Source of the DNA: Paraphysomonas bandaiensis
Lineage: Eukaryota; Protista; Chrysophyceae
NCBI GenBank assembly: GCA_965644295.1
Contig: CBFFRP010000424.1
Coordinates: 1-64,000, forward strand
Direction: 5' to 3'
DNA length: 64,000 bases
Made by a program: the position numbers and the translations under genes
The notes under the pieces: generated by a model
Seen by the model: only the letters and a program-made list of their open reading frames with translations
Told to the model about the DNA's origin: nothing
Databases searched by the model: none
Shown: piece by piece, positions 49,671 through 63,049 of the stretch
Numbering within the stretch: position 1 is the first letter of the stretch
Layout: every line of letters starts with the position of its first letter

Positions 49671-49940
49671 GATTGATAGCTTCAATTAGTGCAAATAATA
49701 AGAATTTCTTCTCCTTTGAATTAGTGATGCATGTGTGCAATGTGTGCAATGTGTGCATGCAGTGTGCGGTGTGTGTGTCTAAACAGGACCAAAGTGAAGA
49801 ATTTTCCTGAAGACGGTCTGAAGATGAGAGCACGCTAAAACCTGGGTTATGGTACAAAATATAGGTTTTATCCTAATATGAATTAGAAAACCTCTATTTC
49901 TATGAAAGTTTTGTATGAAAGTTGCAGCTGTATAGAGCAT

Positions 49941-50256
49941 ATATATGTACTGCTGTACTGTGGTATAGACCTTGTATATGTACTGCTGTACTGTGGTATA
50001 GACTCTGTATATGTACTGCTGTACTGTGGTATAGACTCTGTATATGTACTGCTGTACTGTGGTATAGACTCTGTATATGTACTGCTGTACTGTGGTATAG
50101 AGTATAGACCTTATACGTACTGCTGTACTGTGGTATAGACCTTGTATATGTACTGCTGTACTGTGGTATAGACCTTATATACAGCAGTATGTACTCCTTG
50201 TATATGCACTGCAGTACTGTGGTATAGACCTTGTATGTACTGCTGTACTGCTGTAC
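49941..50256. repeat. ~33-bp minisatellite, about 9 copies
   Basis: Unit TATATGTACTGCTGTACTGTGGTATAGACYYTG. Confidence 0.92.
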
Positions 50257-50419
50257 TAATGTATACCCCTCTATCTCATGCATACGTACGTACTCCTGCT
50301 GCATCTCGGCTCATATATAAGCAACTCTCTCCCTTCATATATATATAAACCACCAGCAGAGAACGGACCCCTCCATACACCCTCCTCCTCCTCATCTATT
50401 GCATCGCCTCTCTTGAGCT

Positions 50420-51294
50420 ATGAGTGTCCCCTCTGTATTGATCAGATAGTAAGTGACTGTCTCGCATGTTGTGTTCGACACTCACACATACACATATACA
50501 GCTGGGAGTTCCTCGACAGACCCGTACAAGGCCCTCTCTCCTCTAGTCTCATCGATGGATATCCGAGCGCCTACAGCCACACTCTATTCGCAGCTCTTAT
50601 ATTCATGGCCCTCCACATATCAGTCACGTACTCCACTGTGTGGGTGTGGCCCGTTTCTTCAAATAATATCAGTAAGAAGAAGAGAGAGGAGTTCCCCTCA
50701 TATGTAATGGCTCTCTGTCATCATTTCATTATTGTACCGATGTCACTGTATTTTATATACGTGGATTATGTTACTACCAATGTGGATTATTTTAAGTCAT
50801 ACGGCCCAATCGTTCCCGTCACATTTGGGTACTTCATTGCAGATACCATTATATATACAGTACCAGAGGTTCTGAAGGGTCGATACGCTTATTTTATTCA
50901 CCATGTTGTGGCATTGCTTTTGCTAGGCGGAATGTTGAGTGCAGATGGTCCTGTTGTTAGGTATATGCCACACTTTTTAATTATGGAAGCCTCCTCGATT
51001 TTTTTCAGCTCCGCATGGATATTGAGGCAGGTTGGGTACCGGGGATCCTTATTGGTCACTGTATTGGAATACTTATTTGTGGTCACCTACTTTTTATTGC
51101 GCGTTCTCTATCTGCCTTTTGTTTTGTACGCTATGGCTGACCATGCGCACACACTTGGAATTGTTCAATATGGCCTACCGGTGGTGATGATTCTCCAGTT
51201 ATACTGGTTCTATCAGATACTGAGAACACTAGGGGGTCGTTCAATGGGAGGAGGCGCCAAATCTGCGGATAAGACTAGTACTAAGCAAGAGTAG
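50420..51294 (+). CDS. TLC (TRAM/LAG1/CLN8) domain membrane protein; intron 50449-50501
   Basis: ALCHH, GYFIADT, YFIHH, MEASSIF, YFLLRV, LQLYWF; intron gives MSVPSVLIRY|WEFLD. Confidence 0.85.
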
Positions 51295-52138
51295 AATCGC
51301 TACAGCTTCGTAGAACCTCTGCTTGTAGGGCAAAGACGAGAAAGGGTATAGTTCGTTCTCTAGCGAACTCTTCGTGATTATATATTATAATGTTGTAACC
51401 GTGTTGCATATATATCTCTGTACGAAAAGGCTAGCTAGATTCTTTGATTGTCTTTTCTACATTGGTCTGAATATTACCTTGTTGGAACACTTGATTCATC
51501 TGGTACATAATTTATGGTTGAACTGTTGCAGTGGAATACCTAATTTGTGGAATAAATTATTAGCTACTACATCATATTCCTTGGGAAAGAGCAACGATAC
51601 GCACACCGTGGACATGTAAACAAGCCCACAAATAGGGCTTTTTTCATTGGCAGAAGAAAAGTGTATAGGTTTTCATGATATCATTGGGCCAGAATGAGAA
51701 GAAGGAATATATAGGAGGAATACGTATAGAGTATAGAGTATAGAGCAATGTGAAAACAAAACTGTTATACGCAGTCAAAACACAATGTAACTGTTTGGGT
51801 ATTTAACTGTAAAACAGAAATTTAGTAGAGGTTGTATAATAAGAAAGATAAAGTTATGTTGGCCGCGTACTACTTTATGCAATATGACACAACTGTTAAT
51901 GCAACAGTAATCTATCTACTCTAGCGACTTAACTTTGTTTCAACAATATAAGTGATAAAATAAGCTGAGGCAGGAACCAGGTTTCTACTTTTAATCTCAT
52001 CAACCGTAAAATAATGTTAAGTATTCTCTAAAAATTACAAATTATTTAAAGTATGAGTCTTCAGCCATCTGCACTGCTGATATCTATAAAATCTAGAAAC
52101 GCATCGATAAACATATGACCATATCACTAATTCACTAA

Positions 52139-55100
52139 TTAATGCTTGCTCTTTTTACTCTTCTTTTTTTGCTTTTGGTCATTAGAAACTGCTGCGCCAT
52201 TTTTCGTAATATTCTGCGCCATCATTTCTCTCACTAGCGCTTTCTCATAATCTACTCCATCATCGTCCTCCTCATATGCGCCCTTTTTACGCTTATTTTT
52301 CTTATGTTTCTTAGGTCCAGTTGCATCACTAAGTGGTTCCTTCACATTTACCTCCGCTTTTTTCGACGACTTTTTAGATTTTTTCCGCCCGCCATCAATA
52401 ACAACAAAATCCTTCGCTATATTGCAGACTTGCTCAAACAGACGCTTGACTGCAGCACTGAATGTGGAGATAATATCTGACGACTCTCCCAACCTACTCG
52501 CAGAGAAAACAACACGGAACTCTGACTCTAATTCTGGAGTGATTCTACTGTCGGATGACTTGTTGTTCTTAATAAACTGCGCCAAATCTTTCGCGAAAGA
52601 AAGAACACTCTTGATTCTCTTAGCCTTAACTTCACCTGCTTCGTCTGAGTTCAGTACACTGCTGATACTTGTCAACACAGTGGGTAGCACTGCACAGAAG
52701 AGTGTTTTGTTCTCGTCGCTCATCATTGCATATTTTTTAAGCACACAGCCCAAAAGGCGGTAAGCCTCACATCGCAGAAATACTGTTTTTCCTATTTCAC
52801 ATGCAGCTACTATAATTTCTAGAGAGACAGGGACAGAGAAGTCTGGATATCTGTTCAGAAGTTCTTCGACTAGCTTGGGAGCCATTCGGCTGTTCTTTTT
52901 GTTGAAGTACTCGTCTACACCCTCACGAAAGTGTTCAGCTAACAACCCCATCGCATCCTGGTTATGCCCTGTGAATAAACTTTAGCGCATACACTTTAAG
53001 AAATAATTCCGTTGGTCTAATAACTTACCAGATATTATGGCTCGAGAGAGACATATGAAACTAGGAAGTGCAACCTGTCTAATTCCTACATCTGGAGACC
53101 TCAAACAACTACAGATATACACTAGAGCTTCTCGTGCAGTGGATAAAGTAAACTCGACCTCGTCTTCGCCAGGAGTAGATCCGCCGGATACAGATAGCAC
53201 ACTGAATTTGGCCTTGCTCAACTGCATCATTATTGCGATTAGTACAAAATACAATCAACGAGTTAACAGCAAGCATGTTTCTATTAATGAAACAAATAGA
53301 CGCCAGGTATACCTTTGATTCAATCAGGCTTCTGAGTCGTTGCTGAAACGCCCTACCTTCCTGAAGGCTCTGGCATAGAGATGACGTCGATACTTTCTTG
53401 AGGCAGTACATCAGAGGTCTAAACATAGGCAACAAAAGAGTACAGTTCTCATTACGGTGAAGGAACACCTATACGGAGATCCTCAACATTAGCGATCAAC
53501 GACAAACGACAATGCAACACACCTCCAGGATATCTATGGCTCTGCTGCGAACAATGAGCTCCTGACGCTTTGCTTGCAGGAGTCCCTGCTTACGGTTTTG
53601 CTTACGCATTTGAATCATATGGGCGAGTGCCGCATCAGCTGACTCGTCATGTTTCAAACCAGATCCCTCGTCGTCACTATTACCCTCGCTATCACTTGCT
53701 TCCAACATTCTCATTGTGTCTTCTTCTCCCAATACCATGTCTTCCTCATCGGCACTCTCTTCAGCATCTTCGTCAACATCACTTTCTTCCTCGCTTCCTT
53801 CTTCATCGTCATTTTGCTCACCCTCCTCAGATTCGTCCTTGTCCTCGTCTACTTCAGGCATTATGTCATTGCCAATGACTGATAGGAGAATCGCGTCCAC
53901 TACTTCCTGTTCGACGTCACAGTACTGAACAATACTTCCCCACACCCTCTTTATGGCGTCTCTTATTCCCTTAACAGAATGTGACGCTGAAACAGCGAGT
54001 AGATCCATGCATGCACCAAACAGTTCCGTTTGTGGACTTTCCTCGTCATCACTATCCTCAGAATTATTCGTCGCGGATGCTTTGCCACCCAGAAGTGCAG
54101 GAATCACATCACATATAACGCCAAGGCACTGCGTATCACCACAACTATAAGACTCAATGCGAACAGTGCAAAGTATATGTCAACAAAAAGCAAGTCCATA
54201 TCACCACTAATCTATATAATACGAAAAATACTGGTGGCTTTACCTCGGCATCCACCTCACTGGAGCAGTATACATGAAAGGTAGCCTGAACAAGCAGGGT
54301 TGCAAACGAGCTTACGAGTCTCGATGTTGCCGCCGCTTCACCACTGTTCTTATTTCGAAGCATCTGGAGAGTTGTCCTCACAGTGGAAAGCTGCTCCTTG
54401 CCACTCTCATCAGCGGTCGTTGTAAGAGGATGATCTTGTTGAGACAAATAAAACAGAACACCGCTCGCCACGTTTAGTAGAGTTGGCTCAATCTTATTTT
54501 CCGACTTCTTGTCGTTAGCGATTTCTTTCTTCGCAGAACCATTCTCAGTAGTGACTGCCATCATGTCAATAGAGTGATTGAGATCCTCTACGCTGGCATG
54601 CCCAATATCTGCAAGAATAGCAAGCACTCGACTGCTAGCCACGGAAACAACCGAGGTATCAGGGCAGATCTCTCCAGATGATCCCTCCAACACACGGACC
54701 ATGTCGAGAACATCCTTCGCAAGCACTTCGTCCATACCTTGTTCCACAAATGCCGCAAAGGCATCCAAAGGTGCTTTTTTTTTCGACTTCTTCACTTTCT
54801 TAGCGCTACTTCCAATATCCAGCGCAGGGGTATTTACTGTGGTTATGCCTGACCCGAAGCATGAGAGGCGAACCAACACACCCACAATTACTGCGGATAT
54901 AGTTCCACGACAAGCGATACGAGGGTTGCGCACAATGGCATACAAAGCAGAGATAGCAGCAATCGCACTGGCATGGCGCGCTTCGTCATCTTCTTCAGTA
55001 GACTCTTCCGAAGATTCAGATGTAGCTGTATCGGATATAATCCGGCATAGGGATGTCACGTGCTGTAGGACCATGTTAACATCGAGGTTGCTGAGAAGTT

Positions 55101-57584
55101 CTTCAACAGTTGTCGTGTGAGACCGGATATCGAACATAGCTCCTCCGTGAAGAACAAGAGCATTAGCGATAGCCAATTTCGTTTGGGCCAAGTCTTGCTC
55201 TCGGGTACCTAAATGAAAACATCATTCAAGCATTGCAAGGGATTTACGACTTACCTGGACAGGATGAAATGTCCTTCAGAGCAGCTCCAGCCATATCAAA
55301 CAAACTATTCTTAGTATTCGATCGTATTGCCACAATTGCCCGCACAATTGTCTGGGAGAGAACAATGGGAAGGAGACTAATTGGTGTCAGGCGAGCGAGT
55401 TCTGTGACCAGTTTCAGAGCGACACCCTTCTTTTCATGAGAACCTCCAACAGGTAGCAAGTGTCCGTCCACAAAGTCCACAAAAGCAATCAGCAAACCCT
55501 CCTGGGCAACTGAAAGACTACTTAGCCTGCAGTACACATATTAGAACTTGAACAAATATTGCATATACAATGAATCTCGCCAAATGAACAAGTGGCTCAG
55601 AATTCAAGTTTCTTTTAAGACGCTCATTATAACTTAATGATAAATGTCACGGAAAATTTTATCATCATAGCCACCGTCAAACATATAAAAACACAACACA
55701 ATAGTAATTAAAATACGAGAACATATTTCTGATTGGCTCAGCATTCAAGTTTCTTTTAAGACGCTCATTATAACTTAATGATAAATGTCACGGAAAGTTA
55801 TAGCATCATAGCCAATTATAATACATGTGAGTAACATTATCACTGTAAGCTCACCTTTCACGTGGTAGCTGCCGCGTACTGTCCGAGCCGAAAATAGCTA
55901 TCAGAATGCAGTACCAAGCGCGATGAATCTGCAGAGAAAATGAGAAAGCGAATCTTTACAACATAGCTAGTCGTCAGTAGTTGGATTAATATTGTGACAT
56001 ATCATATAGCCTACGGCTAGTCATATGACGCGCATAATCTTGTCCTCATTCGACTGTACAAGGCACTCAACATAAATTATAATGCTATATAGACACACAA
56101 CATATACCCTAGTCAGTCGTCAGTAGTTGGATTAATATTGTGACATATCATATAGCCTACGGCTAGTCATATGACGCGCATAATCTTGTCCTCATTCGAC
56201 TGCACAAGGCACTCAACATACATTACAATGCTATATAGACACACAACATGAACCCTAGTCAGTCGTCAGTAGTTGGATTAATATTGTGACATATCATATA
56301 GCCTACGGCTAGTCATATGACGCGCATAATCTTGTCCTCATTCGACTGCACAAGGCACTCAACATACATTATAATGCTATATAGACACACAACATGTACC
56401 CTAATCAGTCGTCAGTAGTTGGATTAATATTGTGACATATCATATAGCCTACGGCTAGTCATATGACGCGCATAATCTTGTCCTCATTCGACTGCACAAG
56501 GTATTCAACATACATTATAATACTATACATACGCACAGCATGTACCCTAATCAGTCGTCAGTAGTTGGATTAATATTGTGACATATCATATAGCCTACGG
56601 CTAGTCATATGACGCGCATAATCTTGTCCTCATTCGACTGCACAAGGTACTCAAAATACAACAAGTACACTTCCATGTAAAAGAGTCGCACGAGTATTCG
56701 TGAAGTATACCTTAGGGAATCCACTACAGGCAGCCAACAGGGTGGGACCAAGCGCTGGTATATTAGACGAGGAGAGTATTTGCTCGTCAGGAGTGAGGGC
56801 GGCATAGACATCTGCCACTGCGTCATTCCCCTCGACCCTTAAATCATGGGCATGCTTCTGGAGTCCGGAGAGCAGAACCACTTCATGGGCTGTAAGATCA
56901 CCTGGCTCCACTGATCTCTCCACAATAAGGGATAGTTTACTGACAGCACTCTGGGCGATGGAGATATCTTCAGCTGGAAGGACAGGGAGAAGGAATAAAA
57001 TTGCCTCTGAAACCACCTCGCGAATCCAAGCCTTTCGCTTATGCAGCTCAATGAGGCGGTCGAGAGTGTGTAGTGCAATTGAAGGTGCCGCTTGCAGCCG
57101 ACCTGAGCGAATTAACGCCAGATAACCAAACAGGCGACCGAACATAACGTCCCTCTCCTCTGAACCTTTCATACCGCCAGTTGACTAAAGGTAATATTAG
57201 TATAGGCATGAGTTCCTTCCAGATACAAACCTTAGTGGTGTCATCCAGCATAGACACGACCTTATTTAGATCGATGACAGTGAAGGTACATAACAGCTGA
57301 CACAAACAAGCGGAGAATCCCTGTCTAGCGGAGTCTCTCGAGGAGGACAGGCCTCGAATCAACCGCTTCAGAGTGTACTCACAGTCAGTGGACAGCATGC
57401 CCTCATCTATTTTCTTCTGAGTTTCAGTGATGTACTTTATGATCATAGTAGCAGACATACAGCGACGTGTCATATCATCAGCTGTAAAGATATCACCTCA
57501 CATCATACACACATCACAACCATTACCTGCAAGGTCCCAAAACCAATTCATAAACTTACTGCTCTTTTCACCCGTGTCGGTCAT
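52139..57584 (-). CDS. POL5: Pol5 / MYBBP1A (DNA polymerase phi family) nucleolar protein, multi-exon
   Basis: FMNWFWDLA, YTLKRLIRGLSSSRDSARQGF, EERDVMFGRLFG, FPK|IHRAW, SHEKK, acidic tract with ADAALA..IQMRK, RAIDILE, K-rich tail. Confidence 0.9.
55593..55813. repeat. Intronic direct repeat, 2 copies at 141-bp offset
   Basis: TGGCTCAG.ATTCAAGTTTCTTTTAAGACGCTC...CGGAAA at 55593 and 55734. Confidence 0.9.
55969..56654. repeat. Intronic tandem array, ~4.7 units of 146 bp
   Basis: AGTCGTCAGTAGTTGG at 55969, 56115, 56261, 56407, 56553; within intron 55929-56710. Confidence 0.97.
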
Positions 57585-58040
57585 CTCTGTATCTCTATTA
57601 ATAAACAACACAAAGAGATCACACGCCGCTATATACGTGAAATATACGTATATATAATATAGTCCACACACTTCACTAATGAAGTGAAGTTTATAGTATG
57701 TCAATGCTGTTAAAAAACACTTCACTTCACTCTAGTCATCCATACAGAAAAGTCCATTCAATGCAGCACAAAAAGAGCCATCCATTTCCACATAATGTGT
57801 GGTGGTGTGGAAATAAACACAGCAACTAATTGCCCACCTACGGGAGATAGAAAAAACAGTCCTTACAACCAATGAAACACTTATCCTTGTATCTGATTGG
57901 TTTGAAGGGGCAATGGGTTCAACTGTGGATATAATTTGCCCAAGATGTCGTCAGAGAGACCCCTCGCATCTTTCATAGAGAGCATGAGCCTTCATAATTA
58001 ACAAGGGGTGAAGTGTTTATGATTCTCACTTTGTCCAACC

Positions 58041-58775
58041 ATGGGACGGCCGTCATTGTTGAAAACAAGTAGTTTTGGGGCCAGTGCATGCAGTGCCCCA
58101 ACTAGTCCTCTGAAGCCACCTGCTCGCTCCACACTCAAAAACTTTGAACGTTTGGATTCGATTGAAGTTACAGGAAGTTTTTCTTGTAGAGTTCCCTGGT
58201 TGAGTGGATTCCCTTCATTCGAATCTTCAGTGTACGAATTGTACGGCAACAAGTGGCAGCTCAGAGTATACCCTTATGGTGCGCTCACAGAAAGGTCAGA
58301 CTATGTCGAAATTCAACTTATGAATAAAACAAACAAAGATATCAATGCGTCTTATGTGATAACTTTGAAGAACCAAACGAGTGGGGATGATGTTGTGTGG
58401 GAGGATCCGGATGGGCAGGTGCTATTTCGTCCAGATGGCACAGGCGACCACTACTGGGGATGTGACGATTTTATGCTTCGAAGTGAATTAGCTGATCCCT
58501 CCACTGGTTTCTGTAGGGATGGCTGTATAGTACTGGTAGTTGAGGTGACTGCACGCATAGAAAATGCTCTAGGTGCAATCACCCCTACAACGGTGTCCTT
58601 CAACGAAAATGGAGAACAGATACCAGGAGCTTGTCTAGGCGCCGCCACAAATGAACTGAACCAATTATCAACCAAAGTAAAGCACACTACACGGCTTATA
58701 AGTGAAGATGAGGTTATCCAAGACCAGATTATTAAGGCGCGCCTCAAGTCGACGAGCTACTGCCAACATGGCTAA
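58041..58775 (+). CDS. MATH/TRAF domain protein
   Basis: ESSVYELYGNKWQLRVYPYG, YVEIQL, WGCDDFM, GFCRDGCIVLVVEV. Confidence 0.85.
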   Translation: MGRPSLLKTSSFGASACSAPTSPLKPPARSTLKNFERLDSIEVTGSFSCRVPWLSGFPSFESSVYELYGNKWQLRVYPYGALTERSDYVEIQLMNKTNKDINASYVITLKNQTSGDDVVWEDPDGQVLFRPDGTGDHYWGCDDFMLRSELADPSTGFCRDGCIVLVVEVTARIENALGAITPTTVSFNENGEQIPGACLGAATNELNQLSTKVKHTTRLISEDEVIQDQIIKARLKSTSYCQHG

Positions 58776-59765
58776 CTGGTAACATGTAAAATATTATTTT
58801 CAATTGGCTTTTTTCAGTGGATTATAGCCTTCAATGTTTTCGCCGTTAGAAATTGTACAGTGACATAGGACTTCGCCCTGTTGTGAAATATTTCCTGACC
58901 TCTTTATACCACAGATGTACTAAACTCTATATACGATATGATAACCTTCTAAATATTATATATCACAGCAGGGGGATAATTTATTTGCTCACCGAAGGTT
59001 ATGTATAGTTTTCTTTCTACGAGTTCTAAATATAATACAACAATATTATTCAATTAACCCCTTTGCATAAAGATATAAACTTTGAAGTTTCGTTTGTTTG
59101 TGCAGTGCACCCGACTCCCACAGTGAAGCTAAAATAATTGCGCTATGGGGACACACTATATCACTATATATACTGACCAAAGTGTACTATATAAATACTT
59201 GCCTGTATACAGTTAAATTAAGTTTGATTGAACGTGGTGATGACTAGGATGATGAGTGTGAGGAAAATTGCGATTAATAGCTAAGCAGAGTAACGCCCGT
59301 TTGGCAGCGTAGTGGGATGGTGATCATACGATCATGATAATTAATAATTAGAACTAAAAGCATAATATAATAGAACATACAAGAATATATACATGTATGT
59401 AGCTGCTGATTAGAAAAAGTATTTTAACAGTATTATTAGGAAACTGACATTCAATACTACTTCAATATATAATAGTGTGTTTCTTTCATTAAATTGAGTT
59501 ACGTTATGCAGTATAACAATACATAGTGCCTAACGATGAGTATAATGTGTCGCTTTTTTTATCAGCGGCATTCGGTTTTTAATTGTCAGGGAATATCAAT
59601 GCTGAAGTCGATAAAAATCTATGATAATTCAAATGAAAAAAGAAAATTTATTACAATGTGTCTATTAAGTTGCTAAATTGTGCAGTTGAATAATGAATCT
59701 GGCAGAATTATATGAGAAAAACTACTTCCAACGAACTATATTACATATCATACGTTTCGTACTGA

Positions 59766-60125
59766 TCATACGATATACCACTTGCGCTCTGTACCCGGCT
59801 CTGCAACAACGCAGAAACAACACCAAACAGACCAACATAATATCGAGGATAGAAAGATTGCGATACATACGAATCCAATGATCCATGCCTGTCGCAGTCG
59901 TACCTTGCAATTCCCGGAATCATTAGAATAGAAGCAGTTGTAGAATTCTTCGTCACGAGATAGGTCGCAATTATCTTCGCAAAAGCACATGTCACACTTT
60001 ACGTAATCGCCATTTTCTTCAATGGATTGTCGTATGCACTTATTGTCATTGCAAGCCTTTGTAAGATACAGTTGAGCAATAAACAGAGTGATCGCTATGA
60101 TCAAGGTTGTAGATGTGGCTTTCAT
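59766..60125 (-). CDS. Small Cys-rich single-pass membrane protein
   Basis: Signal peptide MKATSTTLIIAITLFIAQLYLTKA, 8-Cys ectodomain, TM AWIIGFVCIAIFLSSILCW. Confidence 0.65.
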   Translation of the reverse strand: MKATSTTLIIAITLFIAQLYLTKACNDNKCIRQSIEENGDYVKCDMCFCEDNCDLSRDEEFYNCFYSNDSGNCKVRLRQAWIIGFVCIAIFLSSILCWSVWCCFCVVAEPGTERKWYIV

Positions 60126-60624
60126 ATTCACTACAGAGCGAACACAAGTCAAAGACAATCTTCTCTACGAAGAGGACGATAATAATGATGGTCAGAGCGC
60201 CTCGTTTAGAGGTCAGAGATGTAAGAACAAAACTGACGTCAAAACATTCCAACTCGCTTGATTCTTCTGTGGACAAATAGATTGATTGTATCAGCTATTG
60301 AGAATTTATGATTGGCTATGACTATATGACTGCTCACAGTATGTGAAATTTATTTCAAAAAACGTACTATTGCACAGTTAGTGCAGTACATATTTTTCAA
60401 GTACAGTACTTGAGGTGTATAGATAGCAGTACATGTCGAGTAGTACAGGCCTACATATACAGCAGTACACATGCATATGTTACTAAACGGATAGAACTGA
60501 GCCGTGCAGCAGTACTGCACTTCCATTGCATATATATGCATCAGCTTTAGCCACCTAACAGTCATATATCTTCATTAATCAAGCTCTTCTATCACAACAC
60601 CACTCTGATCGACCCACAGCTGAT

Positions 60625-62803
60625 ATGTCTCATCGCTGGCGATCACCTGAAGAGGTGTTAAAACTAGACAGGCGGCCGCTGTCGTCCCCCAAGACTGTCG
60701 GTGTCGTGGATACAGTGGTATTCAATGAGATGAAATCTGCATATGATAAAGTACTAAGTGAGAATGTTGAACTTCGTGCACTTGTTGAAGTACTTGAAGC
60801 CCGCTCTATGAAACGAGAGTACGCTAAACGATCAGCCACAAGTGCTGAAGAGGAGCTCAAGCTGACTATTGAGGATAACAGACGCTTAATATCACGCTTG
60901 CAGAATGAGCTACGTGATTCGCAGCATGATATTTCTCTTTTGACATCGAAACTTGACCATAAACGAAAGTTATTTCTTAGTCTCCAAGAATCACTGCAAG
61001 CATCTGCTGACGAATGTCTTGAGCTACGTCGAAATTTGGAAAAAGAGCATCTGGAAGGTGTTAAATACAAAGAACAAACAGAAGAGGAAATGTTATCCCT
61101 TCGAGAGCGCTTGCGTGCGGCGACCAATCGTGGAGATGTTGCGGAGAGTAAGTGTACCAACTTGATGGTGGACCTTCGGGAGGCGCGATCAACGTTTGAC
61201 ATGCGAATGCAACGCGGGGCTGCAAACCAAATGTATATGGCATGTACGGCTGTATACAAACGAACTATGCATAGAGCAGTACGTCAGTGGAGAGCTTGTA
61301 CGGCAGCTTCGGTTGCGCACGAAGCACATGCGCAAAGAGAGGCTAGAGTACGAGATAGACTTCGAGCCGAGCACGAGGAGCATATTGAAACTATCCAGTC
61401 TAATACGAAGACTGCAATTCGCGAAATCGAGGTCAAATTACAGAAGTCTGAGTACATGAGAGAAAATTTAGCTCTCTATGCTTTCAAATCGAGCTGGCGT
61501 GTTAAGAACCGTGCCATGGGGCACTGGAAGGCGATGTTCTTGAAGCATATTCTCAAAGATAGGGAAGGTGCGCGAAGTGCCTTGTTGGCCGAGAGGAATG
61601 TCTCGAAGTCCGTTCGTACAGAGGTATCAGAGTTATCTCGGAAATGTACGTGGGAAAATCGTTTGAAGAATGTTGCCGTCGGGAGTGGACTGATGGTTAA
61701 GGCGATCGCCCACCATATACGGTCGCGTAGTACGCTGCGATACGCCTTCAATCACTGGACTAGCATGCTAATGCTTCCCGCACGGATGTTGGATGACGCC
61801 AAGGCAGAGTGGGAATCGTCTGGAGCAATGGTTCAGATGGAACACGATCGAGCGAGTTGGGCGGAGGCAGAGAGAAAGAAAAGTGAGCAACGTCTTGAGG
61901 TCTACAGAGATATTGCTGGGTCGATGGCCAGCGTAAGATTATATTACTTACAATTCGATGAATATATTAATACTGTGACATCATTATATTTAGGTTATTC
62001 GATATCAGGCTACTATATTTCGTTGTTTTTCTTCCTGGAAACACTATAATCACCGTCAGAAGCTCCGCAGACTTGGCAAATGGCCTGAATTGTGGCGCTT
62101 GTCGAAATTGTGTCCGGATGAATCAAAACGCGACTCATATACCACATCACGTGTGATGCATGCTTCTCAGGAAGCGTATGTCAGCCCAGGAAGGTCAACT
62201 TCTTCTCACACCTCTAGCAGGCCCGAGCGTGATTGGTTGAACGCTAAGACGGAAAGAGACCGGGAATATGATGATGAGGACTTAGTAGAACCGAGGGCAC
62301 ACGGTCCCCCTCCACCCCAACTTCATGACTCTACCCCGAATAAAATGAAGCCCCATTTACATCAATTCGAAGAGGATGAGAACCTAACTGAAGACGAATA
62401 TCCACGTGCAGCTCTAGACGCAGGCTCTACTCTAACCTCTACGTACTCGGCTGGATCTCTTCTGTTTACTAACACGCTTGGGAGTCTACGGAGCGGAGTC
62501 TTGTCATCTACTGGAGACTTTACCACGGCCAATCGGCTGTTTCAAAGGAACGACGTTGACGGAAGGAATCAACGACGTCACAATGGAGAGGAACTTGTAA
62601 TCGTATCTGGTAGTTCTGAAGGTGACTCCAGCATGGTCCAAACATATAGTCGACAGAGACGGCACGAGAGAGGAAGCTTTTCACCTGAACCAAGTCATGG
62701 TGGGACAGGAGAATACTCTTCTGCAGCATCATTGTTCTCATCTCGGACTGTAGAATCCGGCTCACCAAAGTTGTCGAAGGGGAATAATACGCAACGAAAA
62801 TAG
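60625..62803 (+). CDS. Coiled-coil protein with low-complexity C-terminus; intron 61933-61993
   Basis: 474-aa heptad-rich ORF joined in frame to ORF 62090-62803 by a 61-nt GT-AG intron; recurring R..(F/M/V)..W motifs. Confidence 0.75.
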
Positions 62804-63049
62804 CATGTTTATATGTGTACTACCTCATTGATATTTGATTCATAGTTGTGTATAATATGTTTGAGCTCGAATCGTATAATGTGTGTCTTCAACTCTTGTA
62901 CTATCCATACCAATGTTTGTTGGAATGTAGAAATTATACTCATAAATAAACATTTGAGCTTGCTTTAATGGTGATTTTTTCGTACTACCCGTTCACATTT
63001 GCGTAGTTAACTGTATTTCGTATATCCTTGTACCTATGGATGCATGCAG

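Noticed and set aside
51621-51644. Rho-independent terminator-like hairpin AAGCCC..GGGCTTTTTT
   Set aside because: Eukaryotic context, short stem, likely chance.
54578-55120. Long antisense ORFs (also 60630-61259 and 7524-7946)
   Set aside because: Shadow frames of well-supported genes on the opposite strand.
59054-59070. piggyBac end (TTAACCCCTTTG)
   Set aside because: No partner inverted end or transposase found.
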